Below, piece after piece: positions 6,682-11,094 of a DNA stretch of 11,094 nucleotides. The notes beneath the pieces were generated by a model that ran no database searches, was not told where the DNA came from, and was given only the letters and a program-made list of their open reading frames with translations. The stretch lies in NCBI RefSeq assembly GCF_035285525.1, contig NZ_JAYKGW010000238.1, forward strand, positions 1 through 11,094, in the 5' to 3' direction. Both the position numbers and the translations under genes were made by a program. The stretch is from Okeania sp. GTDB taxonomy: Bacteria > Cyanobacteriota > Cyanobacteriia > Cyanobacteriales > Microcoleaceae. The first letter of the stretch is position 1, and each line of letters begins with the position of its first letter.

Positions 6682-6705
6682 GGGAACAGGGAACAGGGAA
6701 TAGAG
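6682..6705 (-). repeat. Heptamer-based motif: on the - strand CCTCTATTCCCTGTTCCCTGTTCCCT (CCCTGTT repeats plus a GGGAATAG box), 17 nt upstream of the TTG start of the sulfotransferase-like gene
   Basis: TATTCCCTGTTCCCTGTT also occurs on the + strand at 3881-3898, upstream of the cyclase gene. Each copy therefore has the same orientation relative to its downstream gene. Confidence 0.6.
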
Positions 6706-6843
6706 GATAATAATTGATGATTTATGGATAATAATTAATGGTTTTTTGAACTTTTGAAGATGTCTATTATTATGAACTATACCTATCGCGGTCAAGATAC
6801 TTGCACTACAAAATTTTCACCATTTACTATGCTTTATCAATTA

Positions 6844-7908
6844 TTAATTATTAATTATCCATTGAACCTCTTTACTGACATTTACCAAAACTTTACCATC
6901 TCTGGTCAAACTATACTCACCTCTCCATTTACCTTGAGGAAGAGACTGAGAACTATTGCGTTTACCCACATATCCTATTGATGTTTTGTTAGGAGATTTA
7001 ATTTCTCTTGTATTATCTATTACTCGATCACCGTTGGGAGCAAATAATTGATAATGTTCGCGATCGCCAGCCAAAACTCCATAAATTTGTACCCAAAATA
7101 TCAATATAGGACTATTTGCTGATAACACTGTGTCGTAAAATTTCCCAGACCACAAATCATCCATATTTGGTTGTGTGGTAGCAAACCCACTTCTAATAAG
7201 TCCAGTTGGTTTATAACTTAAAGGTTGTTCCCAAATTGAATGACGAGTATTATTACAACCGCTCCCAACATTAGGTCCAATAAATGGGTCTACAATTTCT
7301 CCCTGATATCGAAAGCCTAAATGTACATGAGGAAAAGAAGCTAAACCCGATGTTCCCACCATTCCCAGTTGAGTACCTGTTTCCACAACTGTTCCTGGTT
7401 TTACAACTACACTACCATTCCGGAGATGACAATATTGAGTTTCCCAACCATTGCCATGATCTATGACTATTCCGTTACCACATTCAATGTTTTTAACTGT
7501 ATCCTTGTCGGCTTGATTTTTGATTAGACGATCTGGTACTCCGTCTCTAGCTCGTAGCACTTTACCGGGAGCAACTGCTGTTACAGGTACACCTTGAGCC
7601 ATGATTTTTTGATCAGATATGGCAAAGTCGGTTCCTTTGTGGCCGTCGTAAGTTTGTCTACCACAACCAAAATCTACTGCTTTGGGACTGGGGTCGCGAT
7701 CGCTATACAATAAAATAAAGCAGTCTTTATCTAGTTGACATTTTAGTGGTATGGCAAATTTGGGATTATTTGGTACTTGAGCAACAGAGTTGTCAATGAC
7801 GGAATTTGAGAATAGTGGAATATTAGCATTAGCAGTGAGCAGGTAGTTAGTTGCTAATACTATTACTAATGCGACCAGAAAACCATAAAAATAATGTCTC
7901 AGTTTCAT
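6844..7908 (-). CDS. Secreted M23 (LytM/lysostaphin-type) zinc metallopeptidase with a ~150-aa C-terminal domain of unknown function
   Basis: Signal peptide MKLRHYFYGFLVALVIVLATNYLLTANA. HxxxD motif in GHKGTDFA. GNGIVIDHGNGWETQYCHL. HxH motif in SFPHVHLGF. ATG start at 7906-7908 and TAA stop at 6844-6846. Confidence 0.88.
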   Translation of the reverse strand: MKLRHYFYGFLVALVIVLATNYLLTANANIPLFSNSVIDNSVAQVPNNPKFAIPLKCQLDKDCFILLYSDRDPSPKAVDFGCGRQTYDGHKGTDFAISDQKIMAQGVPVTAVAPGKVLRARDGVPDRLIKNQADKDTVKNIECGNGIVIDHGNGWETQYCHLRNGSVVVKPGTVVETGTQLGMVGTSGLASFPHVHLGFRYQGEIVDPFIGPNVGSGCNNTRHSIWEQPLSYKPTGLIRSGFATTQPNMDDLWSGKFYDTVLSANSPILIFWVQIYGVLAGDREHYQLFAPNGDRVIDNTREIKSPNKTSIGYVGKRNSSQSLPQGKWRGEYSLTRDGKVLVNVSKEVQWIINN

Positions 7909-7930
7909 ATTTTTTCTGTTTAATTATTTT

Positions 7931-8018
7931 AGGACTTACGCATGAACTCTATCCGTAGGGTGCGTTACGCTGACGCTAACGCACCGATACTTCATATCTA
8001 GTACCTTTGCTTAAGTCA
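7931..8018. mobile_element. MITE-like element with a degenerate right end (AGGACTTACGCATG...GCTTAAGTCATG). Carries the GTAGGGTGCGTTACGCTGACGCTAACGCACC palindrome at 7955-7985.
   Basis: The left terminus is identical to the family consensus. The right terminus matches about 9 of 12 positions. The internal near-palindrome GGTGCGTTACGC/GCGCTAACGCACC-type was read directly. Confidence 0.6.
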
Positions 8019-8040
8019 TGTATTTTTTTATTAATGGATC

Positions 8041-8173
8041 GGGACTTACGCATGCGGAAGGCAATTTTCTCCGATACGAGGGACAGCGTTTCGCTCCGCG
8101 ACATGAATGGGTCGCAGTCCGTCAGGATAGCAATCTCAAACCCCTATTTTTCCTACCTCATGGCTTTAGTCCT
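8041..8173. mobile_element. MITE-like element (133 bp), GGGACTTACGCATG...CATGGCTTTAGTCCT
   Basis: Terminal inverted repeat with 2-3 mismatches. The internal module TTTCGCTCCGCGACATGAA is the reverse complement of TTGATGTCGCGCAGCGAAA at 5571-5589 with 2 mismatches, which indicates modular shuffling within the family. Confidence 0.65.
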
Positions 8174-8187
8174 ATGGATAATGAAAA

Positions 8188-8280
8188 CTATAGCAATCCT
8201 AAATAATTTGTGAAAAAAAGCTGTAGGGGTTTCGTCTCCAAACCCAAACTCCTAAGTGATTTGAAAACCAAACCCCTATC
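8188..8280 (+). repeat. Dispersed ~100-bp element, copy B (CTATAGCAATCCTAAATA...GTAGGGGTTTCGTCTCCAAACCC...AAACCCCTAT)
   Basis: Collinear with 507-608. Lies 61 nt downstream of the argZ stop codon. Confidence 0.8.
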
Positions 8281-8340
8281 ATAAAATGTCACAATCTATT
8301 AAAGACTGCTATGTTTCTAATTATCAATTATCCATTAATA

Positions 8341-10452
8341 TTACGCTTTTGCTACCAAATAAGGACTGGTCAACTGCTCCAACTGCTGAACCAACAAACT
8401 GAGGAACAAACCCACATCTGTCACCACACCGATAGATTCAACTGAACCGCGATCGCTTAATTTAGTCACTACTGCTGGATTAATATCTACACAAACCATT
8501 TTCACTCCTGCAGGTGTCATATTCCCTACTCCAATAGAGTGCAACATAGTTGATAACATCAAAACCATATCAGCACCTTCCAACAACTCAGCGTATTCTT
8601 CCTGGGCTTTAATCAAATCCATTTGAGTATCAGGTAAAGGTCCGTCATCACGGATGGAACCAGCTAAAACAAACGGCACATTATTTTTAACACACTCATA
8701 CATCACTCCATTTTGCAGAATATTACTTTCAACTGCTTGAGCAATACTACCACAACGGCGAATAGTATTAATAGTCTTCAAGTGATGTCGGTGTCCCCCA
8801 TGAACCGCTACTCCCTGTTTCATATCCACACCCAGGGAAGTTCCCATCAGTGATTGTTCAATATCGTGAACTGCGATCGCATTACCACCCAACAACGCTT
8901 GTACATATCCCTGACGAATCAAACTTGCTAAATGTTCGCTACCTCCAGTATGAATTACAACTGGACCTGCGGTAACTACTACCTTGCCGCCGCGATCGCG
9001 AATTTGTCGTAATTCCCAAGCTACTTGTTCAACCACTAATTCTACCCGACGTTCGCTAGAAACTCCAGCAGACATAAAGCTAAATTCTTCTTGATTTCGT
9101 TTTTCACGGGATTCTGGTTTCCGGATGGTGCGAATACCTGCGACATCCACTACCACCTGTTCGCCAACTTTTAAATCCCGGATAACTTTACATTTAGCTT
9201 GAATCTTGCCGTTAACTTCAGTAATAGCGATCGAGCCATCCATCCTTTGATTTTGTACTCGTATCCACTCACCTTTTACTCTAACTTCGGTGGGATAAAT
9301 AGTCGTAACATAAAAATCATCAGCAGCGACACCATCTTGTTCAACTGGTTCCAGTTTAGCATCCTGTAGATTTTCAGTAGGAATGATTGCACCGATGTCA
9401 ATAAGCTGACTCATTATTTCTTCCATAACTTCATGGTCAGGCGCAGAAACCTTAACTTCAGCAACAGAAGTGCTTTGGCGTTGTTCTCCTAGATTAAAAT
9501 TGAGAACTTTGAAACTACCACCACCTTCAACTATTAAGTCTAAAGCTTGATTAATTAAACCAGTATCAAGTAAATGTCCTTCCATGCGAACAGTTTGACT
9601 TTCCACCTGCACTTTAGCATAACGATCTGGTATAATTGGTTCGGTAACTCGCAGAGTCAAACATTTAGCTGCACCACCTGCTTTCAGAAACTCAGTCAAA
9701 GGTGTTTCAATAATATTAAAACCTACTTGCATCAGAAGTGATTTCAAATCATTACTAACCTTGTTCATTATGATGGTTCGATTAATATTAACTGCGTTGC
9801 AGGCAAAGTTGACTGCATCTGCTTCTGTTACTTTAATCCGTTTTTCTATGGGTACTCGCATTTCAATGATACGGTTAGAATAGGAGTCAAATGCTGGTGG
9901 ATAATAGAGTAAGTAACCGCCAGTTAGAGGACAGAAGCAAGTATCGAGATGGTAGAAACGTTCGTCTATCAGTCGCAGAGATAATACTTCAATATCCAGC
10001 CATTTTGCTAACAGTGGGTGGGAGTCAAGTTCAGAACGGAAACCATATCCTGCCCACAGATAACGACCTTCTCTGTCTAGAAGAGCATCTCCTGCACCTT
10101 CAAAAGGCAATTCTTTGGGAAGTTCGTGAACAGTAAAACCTTGACTGAGGAACCATTCTTTGAAATGGGGTTCTTCCCCTTGACGTTCTTTATGAAAAAA
10201 ACGACTCAGAACTACTGCCTTTCCCAGAACTAGACCTGCATTGGCGGTAAATACCATATCTGGCCAACCTTTTTGGGGTGGTACTAGGTCTACAATAGCG
10301 TGTTCTTTAATAATTTTGTGCAGTTTGTGCCATTGTTCAACCGAGCGATCGCGGGAAGATTTGTGAATATTGCCTTCCATCCAAGGATTAATTACATAGT
10401 CCACATCATAGTGGTCTGGGGAACATAAGAGAAAACGAATTGAATCAGTCAT
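8341..10452 (-). CDS. argZ: Bifunctional arginine dihydrolase (guanidino-group-modifying, amidinotransferase-like N-domain) fused to a LOR/SDH-type ornithine cyclodeaminase-like C-domain. This is the ArgZ (Synechocystis Sll1336) / AgrE (Anabaena Alr4995) family.
   Basis: Its 703 aa match the ~700-aa size of this cyanobacterial family. The N-domain begins FLLCSPDHYDVDYVINPWM, contains FYHLDTCFCPL, and has the catalytic-type cysteine in GGAAKCLTLRV (Cys264, codon 9661-9663). The C-domain has LOR/SDH-family (TIGR00300-like) features: HLLDTGLIN, VTAGPVVIHTGG, LLGGNAIAVHDIE, GGHRHHL, AGSIRDDGPLPD. Confidence 0.9.
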   Translation of the reverse strand: MTDSIRFLLCSPDHYDVDYVINPWMEGNIHKSSRDRSVEQWHKLHKIIKEHAIVDLVPPQKGWPDMVFTANAGLVLGKAVVLSRFFHKERQGEEPHFKEWFLSQGFTVHELPKELPFEGAGDALLDREGRYLWAGYGFRSELDSHPLLAKWLDIEVLSLRLIDERFYHLDTCFCPLTGGYLLYYPPAFDSYSNRIIEMRVPIEKRIKVTEADAVNFACNAVNINRTIIMNKVSNDLKSLLMQVGFNIIETPLTEFLKAGGAAKCLTLRVTEPIIPDRYAKVQVESQTVRMEGHLLDTGLINQALDLIVEGGGSFKVLNFNLGEQRQSTSVAEVKVSAPDHEVMEEIMSQLIDIGAIIPTENLQDAKLEPVEQDGVAADDFYVTTIYPTEVRVKGEWIRVQNQRMDGSIAITEVNGKIQAKCKVIRDLKVGEQVVVDVAGIRTIRKPESREKRNQEEFSFMSAGVSSERRVELVVEQVAWELRQIRDRGGKVVVTAGPVVIHTGGSEHLASLIRQGYVQALLGGNAIAVHDIEQSLMGTSLGVDMKQGVAVHGGHRHHLKTINTIRRCGSIAQAVESNILQNGVMYECVKNNVPFVLAGSIRDDGPLPDTQMDLIKAQEEYAELLEGADMVLMLSTMLHSIGVGNMTPAGVKMVCVDINPAVVTKLSDRGSVESIGVVTDVGLFLSLLVQQLEQLTSPYLVAKA

Positions 10453-10512
10453 AATTATTACTTGGTAGATACAATATGTACTAGAGCTACTGAGTTTATT
10501 TGATAATCAACT

Positions 10513-10612
10513 AGACTTATGCAGGCGAACCCATAAACCCGGTTTCTCCTAGATGTTTATTGTCAAAAACAATGATTTACTCTAGAAACCGGGTTCCTCC
10601 CGTGTAAGTCTT
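10513..10612. mobile_element. MITE-like element (100 bp), AGACTTATGCAGG...CCCGTGTAAGTCTT, 61 nt upstream of the argZ start codon
   Basis: Same termini and internal AAACCCGGTTTCTC / AGAAACCGGGTTCCTC modules as 5817-5918. Confidence 0.75.
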
Positions 10613-10741
10613 GATTAACTAAAAACCCACTCCTAAAATTATTCAGGAACGGAATTTTAACGTAAAAAGGTTAACAGTTTATCTTATCACCCTTCTCTCA
10701 TATCCGATGCTTTTTTTCAATAAATTTAAGAATTCAGAATT

Positions 10742-10800
10742 AGGACTTACGCAACGGCACTATATATCTTTGGTGGGTTACGAGATACGCTAACAAACTC
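10742..10800. mobile_element. Partial MITE-like element, left end only (AGGACTTACGCA...TGGTGGGTTACGAGATACGCTAAC)
   Basis: The left terminus and a TGGTGNGTTACG module are shared with 5453-5634. No matching right terminus was found before the 104-bp repeats begin. Confidence 0.45.
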
Positions 10801-10835
10801 TACTGCATTGTTTCACTTAAAATAGTGCATTAGTA

Positions 10836-10893
10836 GGGGCGGGTTTATGAGGAAATTTTCATGCTTACTCTAAAATTTACATAAACCCGCCCC
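10836..10893. repeat. Perfect 14-bp inverted repeat GGGGCGGGTTTATG (10836-10849) / CATAAACCCGCCCC (10880-10893) with a 30-nt loop, preceded by GTA (GTAGGGG head)
   Basis: Read directly. The right arm forms the start of the first 104-bp tandem unit. Confidence 0.85.
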
Positions 10894-11094
10894 TGAGACG
10901 GTGGCTTATATCATCAGGGGGCGGGTTGCTCTGACTTACTTGGAAAACTCGTTAACTCACTTGTGAAACCCGATTTTTCGGGAACCGTACCCGCCCCTGA
11001 GACGGTGGCTTATATCATCAGGGGGCGGGTTGCTCTGACTTACTTGGAAAACTCGTTAACTCACTTGTGAAACCCGATTTTTCGGGAACCGTAC
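10885..11094. repeat. Perfect 104-bp tandem direct repeat (unit 1 at 10885-10988; unit 2 at 10989-11092), truncated by the window end
   Basis: Every position from 10885 to 10988 is identical to the position 104 nt downstream. Each unit has a GC-rich hairpin (CCCGCCCCTGA, 17 nt, TCAGGGGGCGGG), a GACTTAC motif resembling the MITE terminus, and a small CCCGA-TTTT-TCGGG hairpin. Confidence 0.95.

Noticed and set aside
6754-6981. 75-aa + strand ORF
   Set aside because: It overlaps the 3-prime end of the well-supported M23 gene on the opposite strand and has no motifs.
7284-7466. 60-aa antisense ORF within the M23 gene
   Set aside because: It is embedded antisense to the catalytic core of the M23 peptidase and has no independent support.
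8007-8213. Two overlapping small ORFs (68 and 62 aa) between the M23 gene and argZ
   Set aside because: Both lie almost entirely within MITE-like and dispersed repeat copies, so the open frames are repeat sequence rather than genes.
9891-10136. 81-aa antisense ORF within argZ
   Set aside because: It is embedded antisense to a strongly supported conserved CDS and has no motif support.
10465-10490. NtcA-binding site (GTA-N8-TAC) upstream of argZ
   Set aside because: The GTA...TAC pairs present (10465-10481 and 10478-10490) have spacers of 11 and 7 nt, not the canonical 8. No consensus site can be claimed.
10836-11094. CRISPR array
   Set aside because: The periodicity is a 104-bp unit that is identical throughout. 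There are no unique spacers between short repeats and no cas genes in the window, so this is a plain tandem duplication.
1-11094. tRNA, rRNA or known riboswitch genes
   Set aside because: No T-loop-like GGTTCGAATCC-type motif with cloverleaf context, no rRNA-like conserved stretch and no recognisable riboswitch core was seen by eye. The structured intergenic sequences are all explained by repeat families.

Overview
AT-rich cyanobacterial chromosomal segment. The cyanobacterial call rests on eight perfect HIP1 octamers (GCGATCGC) at 5346, 6271, 7060, 7696, 8449, 8873, 8992 and 10345, and on heptamer and nonamer tandem arrays of the kind seen in filamentous, probably heterocyst-forming, lineages. 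The lineage is inference only. There are five credible protein genes. (1) A 7TMR-DISM-type hybrid sensor histidine kinase (+). (2) A REC-PAS-GGDEF diguanylate cyclase 258 bp downstream (+). (3) A small sulfotransferase-like protein (-). (4) A secreted M23 (LytM-type) metallopeptidase (-). (5) The 703-aa bifunctional arginine dihydrolase/ornithine cyclodeaminase-type protein ArgZ/AgrE (-). Small repeats fill most of each larger intergenic space: tandem 9-mers, a polypurine 7-mer array, a roughly 100-180 bp MITE-like family with AGGACTTAYGCA/CGTGTAAGTCCT ends (at least 6 full copies), GTAGGG-headed palindromic elements, and a perfect 104-bp tandem repeat that runs off the right edge. I see no recognisable defence, toxin-antitoxin, CRISPR, phage or biosynthetic cluster. 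Four observations look most unusual: a hairpin-forming repeat pair inserted in frame inside the kinase ATP-binding domain, the 104-bp tandem repeat, the modular MITE family that brackets argZ, and the sharp difference in composition and HIP1 density between the signalling genes and the M23/argZ genes. All protein calls come from motifs read by eye; no database search was possible.
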